Source: Gaiellaceae bacterium
GTDB lineage: Bacteria > Actinomycetota > Thermoleophilia > Gaiellales > Gaiellaceae
Reading direction: 5' to 3'
Assembly (NCBI GenBank): GCA_035293125.1
Contig: DATDOS010000158.1
Coordinates: forward strand, 8,963 to 72,962
Length of the DNA: 64,000 bases
In this document: piece by piece, positions 38,329 to 47,075 of the stretch
Numbering within the stretch: the first letter of the stretch is position 1
Layout: every line of letters begins with the position of its first letter
Made by a program: the position numbers and the translations under genes
Notes under the pieces: generated by a model
What the model was told of the DNA's origin: nothing
Databases searched by the model: none
What the model saw: the letters and a program-made list of their open reading frames with translations, nothing else

Positions 38329-40740
38329 TCATGCGCTCCCCGCTCGGCTGCGAAGGGAGCTGTACTGCGGCCTGGAGAGGGACCTGTCCATCGAGCCAGG
38401 GGCGTACGCGCATGCGGGATCCTCGCCGAGCGCGTCTCCGGACGCCGCGAACGCTCGCGCGCGCGAGCCTCCGCAGAGGTCTGCGTATTCGCACTCGCCG
38501 CAGCGCCCGTGGAAGCGGGCCGCGCGGATGTCCCGGAGCAGCGGGTGGCTCCTGTAGATGTCGACGATGCTCTTCACCCTGACGTTCCCCAGCGGCAGGG
38601 GAAGGAAGCCGGCTGGGAAGACGTCCCCATTGTGGGCGACGAAGACAACGCCCTTGCCATCGCGGGTTCCGCCTGTCTGCGCCCGCGGCTCGGAGCTCGC
38701 CTCGCCAAGCTGCTCTCGCAGGCGTGCGGCGAGCACGTCGTACAGCGGTCCGAGACCGTACGTGCTCCTCGGGTCGGCGCCACTTTCGTCCTTGCTGCGC
38801 CAGGCGACGACGCGTCGGAAGAAGGGTGCCTCGACGGTCCGGACGACGAGTCCGTACGACGAGGCGTCGAACAGGAAGTGGCACACGTCCTCGCTCTCGT
38901 CCGGGGTGAGGTCCACGAGGTTTCGCCCCCTGCCCACGCGCACGAGGAAGAAGAGCTCCCAGACCGACGCCTCATGCTCTTTGACGAGCCTCGCGACGTC
39001 AGCCAGCTCGTGCGCGGTCTCACGCATGACGAGGGTGTTGACCTGTACGTTGAGGCCGCAGCTCCGGGCGAGACGAAGCGCATCGAGCGTCGCCTGGAAG
39101 TGCCCCTCTGCTTGTCTGACCCGCTCGTGCGTCTCGGCGCTGCCGCCGTCGAGACTGATGGAGACGGTCGTGACGCCCCGCTCCCGCAACGCTGTCAGCG
39201 CCTCCGCCGTGAGCGACGGCGTGACTGCCGGCGCGACCGCGATACGGAGGCCGAGCGCCGAGGCATGGCCCACGAGCTCCGGGAGATCGGGCCGCTGCAG
39301 CGGGTCGCCGCCGGTGAAGATGGTGATGGGCCGGGGCTCACCAAACGAGGCCACAGCCTCGAGCAGGGAGCGCGCCTCGTCGTGGCCGAGCTCACCCGGG
39401 AGCGGGCTCGGGATCGCCGCCGCCCGGCAATGGCGGCAGGAGAGGGTGCATGCCCTCGTGGCCTCCCAGAAGACGAGACGCGGATGCGCGTCGAAATCAA
39501 GGTGTGCCGGGGCCGGGGTACGAGCCGACGGCCGGCGGAACGGGAGCCTTCGGCCTACGCTTGCCAGCGTCGCGGTCAGCTCGTCGACCGTGATCTCCGT
39601 GAGCCCACGGCGGCGCGCGGCCTGCTCGACGGCCAGCCTCACGCGGTCTCGGACGAAGGGCGGGATTCGCTCCACCCGCTCGTCTGCCTCCCGCGTCCAG
39701 CGGAGCCGCGGATCCCCCACCTCGGCGGCGCGGCCGAGGGGCCGGTAGGCGCACCACGGGTCCTCGCCGGAGAGGTCTCCGGAGAGGGCGAAGGATCGCG
39801 CGCGGCAGCCGCCGCAGAGCTCGCGGAACTCGCACGTCCCGCAGTGGCCGGTCGGTGTCTCGTCGCGGAGACGGCTCAGGATCGGTGCGTGCTGCCAGAT
39901 CTCCTTGAAAGGGCGCTCGCGGATCGAGCCCGCCTCGAGCGGCAGGTACGGGCACGGGGTTACCTTGCCGTCCGCGGTGATCCGGCAGTACTGTCTCCCG
40001 GCGAGGCAGCCCGCGGAGGCGACGAGCGCCGAACCTCGCCGGGAGGCGATACGGGCGATCTGGGGCGCGCAGCGCGCACGAATCATCAGCCGCGGGTGGC
40101 GCGCCTGCGCGTCGGTCAGTGCTCCGAGCGCCCGCTCGTACTGCGCGGGCGAGATGTCGCTCAGCGTCTCGGCCCGTCCGGTGCAGACGAGGAAGTAGAG
40201 CGTGAAGCCTGCGGCCGACTCTGCCTCTGCGAACCTGATCAGCGCCTCGACCTCGCCGTAGTTCCAGGACAGGGCTGTCGTCTGCACGATCACCGGCACG
40301 TCCTCGGCGACGCAGGCGCGGATGCCGCGAACGGCGCGGCGCCAGGCACCCCGGGCGCCGCGAAAGCGGTCGTGCTTTTCCGGGTCGATCGAGTCGAGGC
40401 TGATCGCTGCCCCCGCCAGACCGAGCTCCTTCAGGCGGCGGGCCCGGGTGCGCGTCAGCAGCAGCCCGTTCGTGCCGAGAACGGGGAGGAGGCCGCGACC
40501 GGCGGCGTGGTCGACGAGCTCGTCGAGGTCGGGACGCAAGAGCGGCTCCCCGCCAGAGAGGATGAGCATCTGTGTCCCAAGGCCGGCCAGCTCGTCGATC
40601 AGCCGCCGTCCCTCGTCGAGCGTGAGCTCCCCGCTCGCCGCCCGCCCGGCGGCGAGGTAGCAATGGCCACAGCGAAGGTTGCAGCGCTGAGTCGTGTTCC
40701 ACGACACGATCTCGGGGTGCCACGTGCGCTCGCTCGTCAT
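38329..40740 (-). CDS. Fused twin radical SAM/SPASM enzyme (AhbC/AhbD/NirJ-like) with a BchB-C-terminal-like linker
   Basis: ATG 40740 (ATGA overlap with the upstream gene), 803 aa. Domain 1 has WNTTQRCNLRCGHCY plus the SPASM motif CGTCEFRELCGGCRARSF. The linker is LRWTREADERVERIPPFVRDRV. Domain 2 has PRLVFWEATRACTLSCRHCRA plus CGECEYADLCGGSRARAF. Confidence 0.85.
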   Translation of the reverse strand: MTSERTWHPEIVSWNTTQRCNLRCGHCYLAAGRAASGELTLDEGRRLIDELAGLGTQMLILSGGEPLLRPDLDELVDHAAGRGLLPVLGTNGLLLTRTRARRLKELGLAGAAISLDSIDPEKHDRFRGARGAWRRAVRGIRACVAEDVPVIVQTTALSWNYGEVEALIRFAEAESAAGFTLYFLVCTGRAETLSDISPAQYERALGALTDAQARHPRLMIRARCAPQIARIASRRGSALVASAGCLAGRQYCRITADGKVTPCPYLPLEAGSIRERPFKEIWQHAPILSRLRDETPTGHCGTCEFRELCGGCRARSFALSGDLSGEDPWCAYRPLGRAAEVGDPRLRWTREADERVERIPPFVRDRVRLAVEQAARRRGLTEITVDELTATLASVGRRLPFRRPSARTPAPAHLDFDAHPRLVFWEATRACTLSCRHCRAAAIPSPLPGELGHDEARSLLEAVASFGEPRPITIFTGGDPLQRPDLPELVGHASALGLRIAVAPAVTPSLTAEALTALRERGVTTVSISLDGGSAETHERVRQAEGHFQATLDALRLARSCGLNVQVNTLVMRETAHELADVARLVKEHEASVWELFFLVRVGRGRNLVDLTPDESEDVCHFLFDASSYGLVVRTVEAPFFRRVVAWRSKDESGADPRSTYGLGPLYDVLAARLREQLGEASSEPRAQTGGTRDGKGVVFVAHNGDVFPAGFLPLPLGNVRVKSIVDIYRSHPLLRDIRAARFHGRCGECEYADLCGGSRARAFAASGDALGEDPACAYAPGSMDRSLSRPQYSSLRSRAGSA

Positions 40741-42101
40741 GGTCGGTGGAAGCGTCCCGTCTCCGCCCAGTGGCGCCGGGCCTGATCGACGAGATCCGGC
40801 GTGACCTCGGACGTGCCTCGCTCCCGGGCGTACGCCTCGAGCGCGTTGACGATCATGCCGCGAACGAACTCTGGGATGCGGGCGATCCGTCGTGACGCCT
40901 CGTCCGTCCATGTGAGCTCGCTCGTTGCTCTCGCCGAGCCCTCGGCCCATTGCCGGTACTTCTTGTCGAGCACTTCGGCCGTCACCGACGGCAGGCCGAG
41001 ACGGCGGGCGAGCACCTCGACGCGCTGCCTTGTCAGCTCGCGCAACGGCCCCGCCGGTACCTGCTCGAGTTGCGCCTCCGCATCGGGCGCCCAGGACAGC
41101 CGGTCTTCGAGCGGGAGAACCTCGCCGGTGACGACGAGGACGCTACAGGTCGCAAGCCGGGCGATGTTCTCAGCCGTGCTGCCGAGGTCGGCGTGCTCGG
41201 TGCGGTGGCGGCCGAAGCGCCCGGCGACGAGGAGCGCCGGCCTCCGCTCGTCGGCGTGGTCGAGGATCCGCTGGAACGGCTTGCCCTCGAGGAGGGTCGT
41301 CTCGACTCGCTGACCGGCCGTCTCCGCCATGCGTGCAGCCGTCTCCAGGTAGCCGCCGTAGAGCTTCTCGAGGCCGCCGTCGATGATCTGCTCGTGGAGC
41401 TTGCGCTGCTCGTCGAAGCGGAAGCGCTGAGCCTGCTCCTCCGCTAGGACGCCGGAGATGCTCTTGAAGGCGGCGACGTGGAACTGCGGGTCGAAGACGC
41501 TGACGATCTCGACAGGTTCGTCCAGGGCTCGGCCCAGCCGGAGTGCGGAGTCGACCGCCTTCGTGGCTGCGGCGCTGCCGTCGGTGAGGGCGAACACGCC
41601 GCGGCTACCGGGCGGGCGCTTCCGAACGAGGAGAACGTCGATCGGCGCGCGGCGCAGGACCCGCTCGCTCACGCTTCCGATCAGGCTTCGCCGCCTCGCC
41701 CCGAGCCCGAGCGCGCCGAGCGCGACGAGGTCGCAGCCGTCCCGGGCGATCTCCTCGAGGATCTTCACGTAGTTCGTCCCCTCGGCGAGGCGGCGCTCGA
41801 AGGTGACCTTTAGGCGGCAGAGCTTCTCGGCGTGATCGAGGTACGACTCGGAGATGATGCGCAGGCCGTCGGAGATGAGCGTCCCGTGCACGGCGCGCGA
41901 GCCGCTCAGCTTCTCGGGGCTGGAGTAGGGGGCCGGCAGGGCGGGCTCCATCTGGCGGAACCGCGTCTCGTGGAGCCGCGCCGCATAGGCGTGGAAGGCG
42001 ACGACCGTCCCGTCGGCACGCCCCGCGAGCGCCGCCGCTTGCAGTACCGCCTCGTCGCTGTGTTGCGAGTTATCGACCGGGACGAGGATGCGCGCGTACA
42101 T
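40737..42101 (-). CDS. Tandem universal stress protein domains plus two BchB-C-terminal-like (PCP_red-like) repeats
   Basis: 454 aa with MYARILVPVDNS...GSVSERVLRRAPIDVLLV and a second USP unit. The C-terminal repeats are LSWAPDAEAQLEQVP... and LTWTDEASRRIARIPEFVRGMIVN. Confidence 0.8.
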   Translation of the reverse strand: MYARILVPVDNSQHSDEAVLQAAALAGRADGTVVAFHAYAARLHETRFRQMEPALPAPYSSPEKLSGSRAVHGTLISDGLRIISESYLDHAEKLCRLKVTFERRLAEGTNYVKILEEIARDGCDLVALGALGLGARRRSLIGSVSERVLRRAPIDVLLVRKRPPGSRGVFALTDGSAAATKAVDSALRLGRALDEPVEIVSVFDPQFHVAAFKSISGVLAEEQAQRFRFDEQRKLHEQIIDGGLEKLYGGYLETAARMAETAGQRVETTLLEGKPFQRILDHADERRPALLVAGRFGRHRTEHADLGSTAENIARLATCSVLVVTGEVLPLEDRLSWAPDAEAQLEQVPAGPLRELTRQRVEVLARRLGLPSVTAEVLDKKYRQWAEGSARATSELTWTDEASRRIARIPEFVRGMIVNALEAYARERGTSEVTPDLVDQARRHWAETGRFHRP

Positions 42102-42102
42102 G

Positions 42103-42474
42103 TCAGACGGGGGAGTCGTGGCGCCGCCAGGCGCGCGTCCGGCTCCACATCGACGGGTAGAGGGCGCGCATGGCCGGGGTCTGGAGGTAGAGGACGATCG
42201 CGACGTCGACTGCCAGAGGAAGTGGATGGCCGAGGTGGACGGAGCGGACTGCGTCGAACGTGGCGAAGACGTAGCCGGCCATACGCGCTCTCGGACTGCG
42301 GCGCGAGAGGGTGTACGCCGCCCAGGGCGCCGCGACGCAGTAAGCGAGCACGCCGGTCGATCCGTGCCCGTAGTTGAGTCCCGGGAGGGATCCCGTGACG
42401 ATCGCCCACACCTCGAGCGCCGGCGCGACGCTCAACAGAAGGACGAGAGGGAGGGCCGGCCGGAGCGGGCTCAT
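42103..42474 (-). CDS. Small hypothetical membrane protein (123 aa)
   Basis: ATG 42474 (ATGA overlap) inside track ORF 42103..42759. It has 3-4 hydrophobic helices and ends 2 nt before the USP gene start. Confidence 0.55.
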   Translation of the reverse strand: MSPLRPALPLVLLLSVAPALEVWAIVTGSLPGLNYGHGSTGVLAYCVAAPWAAYTLSRRSPRARMAGYVFATFDAVRSVHLGHPLPLAVDVAIVLYLQTPAMRALYPSMWSRTRAWRRHDSPV

Positions 42475-42875
42475 GGTGTCCTCCGAGTGGCCGCCTTGCC
42501 GCCGATCATGCTGCCGACGAAGCTCGTGACGAGGATGAGGAGGGGCCAGACGAAGAAGAAGGTCGAATCGCCCGTGGCGAGTCCGGGAAGCGGGTCGGGC
42601 AGGGCCTCCGCCAACTCGGCTCCGAAGAGGACGCCGGCGACGATTCCGAAGTAAAGCGTGCCGAGGACGGCGCCGTAGAGCGGCTCCGGCTCGCGTGCGT
42701 ACCAGCCGAGGAGAAAGCCCGCAGCGAGCAGCGAGGGCACGCTCGCCAGCGCGAGCCACCAGACATTGTCCGTCAAGAGCAACGGCGCGGCTCCGAGGGC
42801 GACCGTGCCGGCTGCGCTCGCGCCCAGCGCGAGGAGGAACACAGGTGTGCGGGGTGGTCTGTGGTGCCGCGACAT
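42471..42875 (-). CDS. Small hypothetical membrane protein (134 aa)
   Basis: ATG 42875, 4 nt after the cytochrome c stop. About 4 hydrophobic helices (VFLLALGASAAGTVALGAAPLLL...). Confidence 0.6.
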   Translation of the reverse strand: MSRHHRPPRTPVFLLALGASAAGTVALGAAPLLLTDNVWWLALASVPSLLAAGFLLGWYAREPEPLYGAVLGTLYFGIVAGVLFGAELAEALPDPLPGLATGDSTFFFVWPLLILVTSFVGSMIGGKAATRRTP

Positions 42876-42879
42876 GGCC

Positions 42880-43575
42880 CTAGTCCCCGACCTCGCCGTC
42901 CTCGACCTCATCGGTAGGTCTCCCCGTCAGCGTCGTCAGGTAGGCGACGAGATCCTCGAGCTGTTCCGCGGAGACGAGCGCTTTGTAGCGAGGCATGATC
43001 GGCGCGTACTTCGGGATCTTGAAGTCGTACGCCGATCCGGCCTTCAGCTTCTCGAACAGGTAGTCACGCGCTGTCAATCCGGGCACGCGGCCGCCGGCCC
43101 TCGACGCGACTTGCGTTAGGTCGGGGCCGCGGATGCCCCCCTGGCCCGCGATGGAGTGGCAGCGGAAACACCCGACCGTGGGGTTGCTGAAGAGCTCCCG
43201 CCCGCGGTCGGCGGCTTGCTCCTTCTGCGCGGGAGCCTTCTCCGCCTTCGGCGGGGAGAACTGTGGGTAGACGACGCCAACGGCGACGAGCAACCCGACC
43301 GTGACGAGGTAGACGGCTGCCACGCTCCCCACTACTGAAGCCGGGCGTTCCGGCGTGCGGATCCGCTCCCTGCCGAGAAACCAGAAGAACAGGCCGGCGA
43401 GGAGAGCCATGACCGTGAAGAACACCCGGTAGACCCAGCCGAACTGGAGTCCCGTCTCCTCCGGGACGAAAGGCAGACCGACCCAGATCGCCACGAGCAC
43501 GACGAGCAGCACCGCGCCCTTGCTTCGGATCAGGCGACGCAGCGACGGGGCTTTCTGCTGTGGCGCGACGGCCAC
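42880..43575 (-). CDS. Membrane-anchored monohaem cytochrome c
   Basis: 231 aa with three N-terminal hydrophobic helices and then CFRCH (CxxCH). GTG start 2 nt after the CydA-like stop. Confidence 0.8.
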   Translation of the reverse strand: MAVAPQQKAPSLRRLIRSKGAVLLVVLVAIWVGLPFVPEETGLQFGWVYRVFFTVMALLAGLFFWFLGRERIRTPERPASVVGSVAAVYLVTVGLLVAVGVVYPQFSPPKAEKAPAQKEQAADRGRELFSNPTVGCFRCHSIAGQGGIRGPDLTQVASRAGGRVPGLTARDYLFEKLKAGSAYDFKIPKYAPIMPRYKALVSAEQLEDLVAYLTTLTGRPTDEVEDGEVGD

Positions 43576-43577
43576 TT

Positions 43578-44996
43578 CTACGCCTCCTGCTCCGGTTTAC
43601 CAAGCTTGAATCCGATCCAAAATATGAATGCCATGAACGTGAAGAAAATCATCGTGATGATTCCGACCATGATGCTCGTGTGGCCGAGCGGGGTCGTGTA
43701 CCACTGCGGCGTCGTATCGCGGAGGACGCGATACACATGCCAGTCCTGGCGGGACAGCTCGCGGATCGCCCCCATCAACCCCATCAGGTAGACGACGACA
43801 GCGGGCACGAAGACGAGCGCATACTGGGCCTGAGGCGCGATCTCTCCCCAGCGGACGGCCCCGAGGGCCATCGCTCGGCGGTAGACCATGTACGTGACGA
43901 AGGTGAGGAGGATGATCGCCGTGACGGCCAGGGCTTTCGCCATCATCAGCCCCAGAAAGCCCGCCCGCTCGGGCAGCACGATGTCCTCGAGCGCGACACC
44001 AGGCGTCTGCGTCGTCAAGTCCGGATAGAAGTTCTGCGGGATGATCCAGACGATGCCGCCCGCGACGATCACGCCGAAGATCGGGCGCATGTAACCGGAA
44101 AAGCGCTCCGCTCCGTCGATGCGGCGGATACTCATCCACATGTAGTAGTTGACACCGAGGAAGAGGAGGCTGACGAGCAGCCCCTGCATGACGAAGAAGC
44201 TCGAAAGCTTGTCCGCCATCTGAAACGTGGCGATGTTCGCGTCGTAGAGGAAAATCTCCTTCGCGTAGATGTAGCCGGCAAGCGGCAACAGGATGAGCGT
44301 GGCGACGCCGATGAAGTTGCCGATGAACCCCATCCAGTCGTAGAAGGCGCGGTCCTCCCGGCTCTTCGCCGTCAGGAACATGAAGGCAGCGAAGAGCGCG
44401 ATCATGAACCCGCCGAAGGTGATGTTCGCGATGAAGCGGTGCAGGTTGAGCCCGCTGAACGTGTCGTTGTTGACGAGCGCCCAGACGCTCGCCGTCGCCG
44501 CGTTCTCCGGCGGCGTCAGCATGTAGGAGCCGACCGCATTCATCATCACCATCGTCGCGGTGCCGGTGACGTTGAGGGCCACGCCGATGGAGAGATGCAG
44601 CCTCTTCCGGTCGGCGAGGGGCTCCCACGAGTACCAGTAGACGTACATGAGCGCTGTCTCGACGAAGAAGAGCCCGCCGTAGATCGCGAAGACCGGCCCC
44701 ATCCGGTCGAGCAGATGGGTTGCGACCTCGTGGTAGGGGCCCATCAGCACGAACGCGAACGCGGCCCCCGAGAGCGCCGTGAAGCTGTAGGCGATCGCCA
44801 CCACTTTCATCGCTTCCCTCGCCAGCCGCTCGTAGCGCTGGTCCCTACGCCGGTGCCCCAGCCACTCGCAGACGACGATGAAGATCGGCGCGCCAAGGAC
44901 GAAGGCGGCAAAGAGGAGGTGGATCTGCGCGACGAGCCAGACCAGCGACCGGGCGTCGATCGCCGCGAGTGGGAGAAGGACCGAGCCCGCCTCCAC
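43578..44996 (-). CDS. Cytochrome bd subunit I (CydA)-superfamily membrane haem protein; no CydB partner present
   Basis: 472 aa. VWLVAQIHLLFAAFVLG (N-terminal His), MMNAVGSYMLTP and LHRFIANITFGGFMIA resemble CydA. It abuts the cupredoxin stop with a 0-nt gap. Confidence 0.8.
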   Translation of the reverse strand: MEAGSVLLPLAAIDARSLVWLVAQIHLLFAAFVLGAPIFIVVCEWLGHRRRDQRYERLAREAMKVVAIAYSFTALSGAAFAFVLMGPYHEVATHLLDRMGPVFAIYGGLFFVETALMYVYWYSWEPLADRKRLHLSIGVALNVTGTATMVMMNAVGSYMLTPPENAATASVWALVNNDTFSGLNLHRFIANITFGGFMIALFAAFMFLTAKSREDRAFYDWMGFIGNFIGVATLILLPLAGYIYAKEIFLYDANIATFQMADKLSSFFVMQGLLVSLLFLGVNYYMWMSIRRIDGAERFSGYMRPIFGVIVAGGIVWIIPQNFYPDLTTQTPGVALEDIVLPERAGFLGLMMAKALAVTAIILLTFVTYMVYRRAMALGAVRWGEIAPQAQYALVFVPAVVVYLMGLMGAIRELSRQDWHVYRVLRDTTPQWYTTPLGHTSIMVGIITMIFFTFMAFIFWIGFKLGKPEQEA

Positions 44997-45470
44997 CTAC
45001 TTCACCACCAGCGTTCCGGTCATCCCCCGCTTGTTGTGGTTGCTGATCGGGCAGGAGATGCGATAGGCGCCCGGCTTCAGGTCGATCTTCCACTCGCGGT
45101 CGCGTCCCTGCCCGACCTTGGGCGCCTTCTCGTCGACGCCCTCGCCCTCGACTCGGAAGTCGTGCGTATAGCGCCCCTCGTTCACAAGGTGGAACGTGAT
45201 CGTTCCGGCCTTGCCCATGACTTTGTCCGGCACGAGCTTGAAGTCCTTGAGGCTCATCTGGATCGTCGCCTTGGGCGGCCCTACGGGGGGCTCGTCCTGG
45301 GTCTCGCTCGGCGCCGTCTCCTGCGGCGCGGCGGCCGTCGGAGAGAGGGCGCTCGTCCCCTTCGCTGCGAGCGGGTGGGGGACCGCCGGCTCGCCCGCGG
45401 CGAGGAAGAAGGCCCCACCCAGTCCAAGCATCCAGAGCAGAACCAGCGCCGATATCGCCCAAGCCCGCAC
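44997..45470 (-). CDS. Secreted/anchored cupredoxin-domain protein
   Basis: 157 aa with a signal/anchor helix. Type-1 Cu ligand pattern THDF ... SCPISNHNKRGMTGTLVV (C-x4-H-x4-M). Confidence 0.75.
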   Translation of the reverse strand: MRAWAISALVLLWMLGLGGAFFLAAGEPAVPHPLAAKGTSALSPTAAAPQETAPSETQDEPPVGPPKATIQMSLKDFKLVPDKVMGKAGTITFHLVNEGRYTHDFRVEGEGVDEKAPKVGQGRDREWKIDLKPGAYRISCPISNHNKRGMTGTLVVK

Positions 45471-45712
45471 CGTCTCTCTCCACCTCTCGCTAGTTCGCGA
45501 CCCTCATCGAGAACGTCATGCGGACGGCTCGACGCATGGGTTCACGGACTCGCCCACCCGTGCCGGCTTGGGTGGACGCACGCTCATCGTCATCCAGTGC
45601 CCGCCCATCGTCAGCCCCTTTCCGGCCGATCCGAGTCGGCGACCCGTGGGCCGCCGTGCGACAACGAGTCAGCGCAGACTCGAGAGCACGGCGGCCTGGG
45701 GGGTACGGGCCT

Positions 45713-46246
45713 CTAGCACGACGGGAATACCCGGATCAATGCCTTCATCGTCGGCTCGTGCTTGTTGCAGATGAGCGTGTAGACGCCCGACTGCTTCGCC
45801 TTGAAGCTCACGACGTACTCGCGGCCCCGGTTGTGGCTCTTCTCCTTCACGACCTCGTCGCCGTTCGGGGCCTCGACCCAGTCCTTGTGCTCGTCGCCGT
45901 TGACCGCGAAGAGCCTGAGCGCGACCGTGTCCCCCTTGCACGCGGTCATCGCACCCGGAGTTATGAACTGGTAGGCGGACACCTCCCACTTCGTCGGCGC
46001 CGCCGGGTCGGCGACACCGGGTGCCTTGTAGCCGTACGCGTCGGAGAGCTTCGACGGGTCCTTCGCGGGCGGCGCCAGCTTGTCCGTCGTGGTCGAGCCC
46101 TTGAGCTCGGCCTGGATGATGTTGAACTCGACCTTCTGCGGCTTCGCTGCGTCGCCGCCGGACGCGGTGCCGACTGCGACCGCGAGAGCCGCTGCGGCAG
46201 TCATGCCAACGCCCCCCACGAGCAGCAGGCGAAAACGCTTCTCCAT
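45713..46246 (-). CDS. Secreted blue-copper (cupredoxin-like) protein
   Basis: 177 aa with signal peptide MEKRFRLLLVGGVGMTAAAALAVA. Motifs GDEHKDW ... LICNKHEPTM (C-x2-H-x3-M). Confidence 0.7.
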   Translation of the reverse strand: MEKRFRLLLVGGVGMTAAAALAVAVGTASGGDAAKPQKVEFNIIQAELKGSTTTDKLAPPAKDPSKLSDAYGYKAPGVADPAAPTKWEVSAYQFITPGAMTACKGDTVALRLFAVNGDEHKDWVEAPNGDEVVKEKSHNRGREYVVSFKAKQSGVYTLICNKHEPTMKALIRVFPSC

Positions 46247-46379
46247 CTCGGCGTCTCCTTTGAGTCGGTTACGTGCCTCAGCTGCTTGTACTGCCGGAAG
46301 GCGTCACGGTTCCATATCGCCGCCGTCCCAATTCCGTCACAGGTCCTAGCGGCTGGGCGACGCGCCGCGGGCCTCCATA

Positions 46380-47075
46380 TCAGCCCGGGGGCGCGAGCAT
46401 GTAGCCGACACCGGACCTCGTGACGATGTAGCGGGGGTCAGAAGCGTGCTCCTCGAGCTTCTGCCGGAGCCGCCAGAGAGTCACGCGCAGCATGTGGTAG
46501 TCGCCGCGGCTGGTGCCTCCCCACACCCTCTCGAGCAGCTCGTCCCGAGTGAGGACGACCCCCACGCTCGTCGCGAGGCAAGCCAGGACGCGGAACTCAG
46601 TCGGCGAGAGACGCACCTCGCGTCCACGCACGGTCACCCGCTGCGCGAGCAGGTTGATCTCGAGGTCGCCCACCGTCAGCGCCGACTGACTCGGCGGGGG
46701 CGAGGTGGGATGCGCTCGCCGCAGGACGGCGCCGACGCGCGCGACGAGCTCCTGCGCCGAGAACGGCTTCGTCACGTAGTCGTCGGCTCCAAGGCCGAGT
46801 CCCCTGACCTTCTCTTCGTCGGCTCCCTTCGCGGTGAGGATGATGATCGGCGTCGTCGAGACCTCGCGGATCCGGCGGCAGACCGCGAAGCCGTCGAGGC
46901 CGGGCAGCATCACGTCCAGCACGACGAGGTCCGGCTCGCCCTGGGCGAGAAGCGCCAGCGCATGCTCGCCGGTGGCGGCGCACGTCACGCGGTACTTCCT
47001 TGCCTCGAGATTGAACCGGATGATCTGGAGGTAGCGCGGCTCGTCGTCGACGACGAGGATGTGCTCGCCTGCCAT
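46380..47075 (-). CDS. OmpR-family response regulator
   Basis: ATG 47075 with ILVVDDEP...DLVVLDVMLPGLDG...LTAKG receiver and a winged-helix output (LSPTEFRVL...GVGYML). ATGA overlap with the kinase gene. Confidence 0.92.
   Translation of the reverse strand: MAGEHILVVDDEPRYLQIIRFNLEARKYRVTCAATGEHALALLAQGEPDLVVLDVMLPGLDGFAVCRRIREVSTTPIIILTAKGADEEKVRGLGLGADDYVTKPFSAQELVARVGAVLRRAHPTSPPPSQSALTVGDLEINLLAQRVTVRGREVRLSPTEFRVLACLATSVGVVLTRDELLERVWGGTSRGDYHMLRVTLWRLRQKLEEHASDPRYIVTRSGVGYMLAPPG

Noticed and set aside
45471-45712. 25-codon minus-strand mini-ORF (MTMSVRPPKPARVGESVNPCVEPSA) and a CCACCC...GGGTGG hairpin between the two cupredoxin genes.
   Set aside because: The mini-ORF has no RBS and no features. 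The hairpin is probably just a terminator or processing site for the upstream cupredoxin transcript. Support is insufficient for a feature call.
46302-46338. GACG(G/C) pentamers phased at about 11 and 21 nt upstream of the first cupredoxin gene, considered as possible response-regulator boxes.
   Set aside because: A 5-nt motif in 70% GC DNA is expected by chance. The spacing is not exact, and there is no second locus for comparison.
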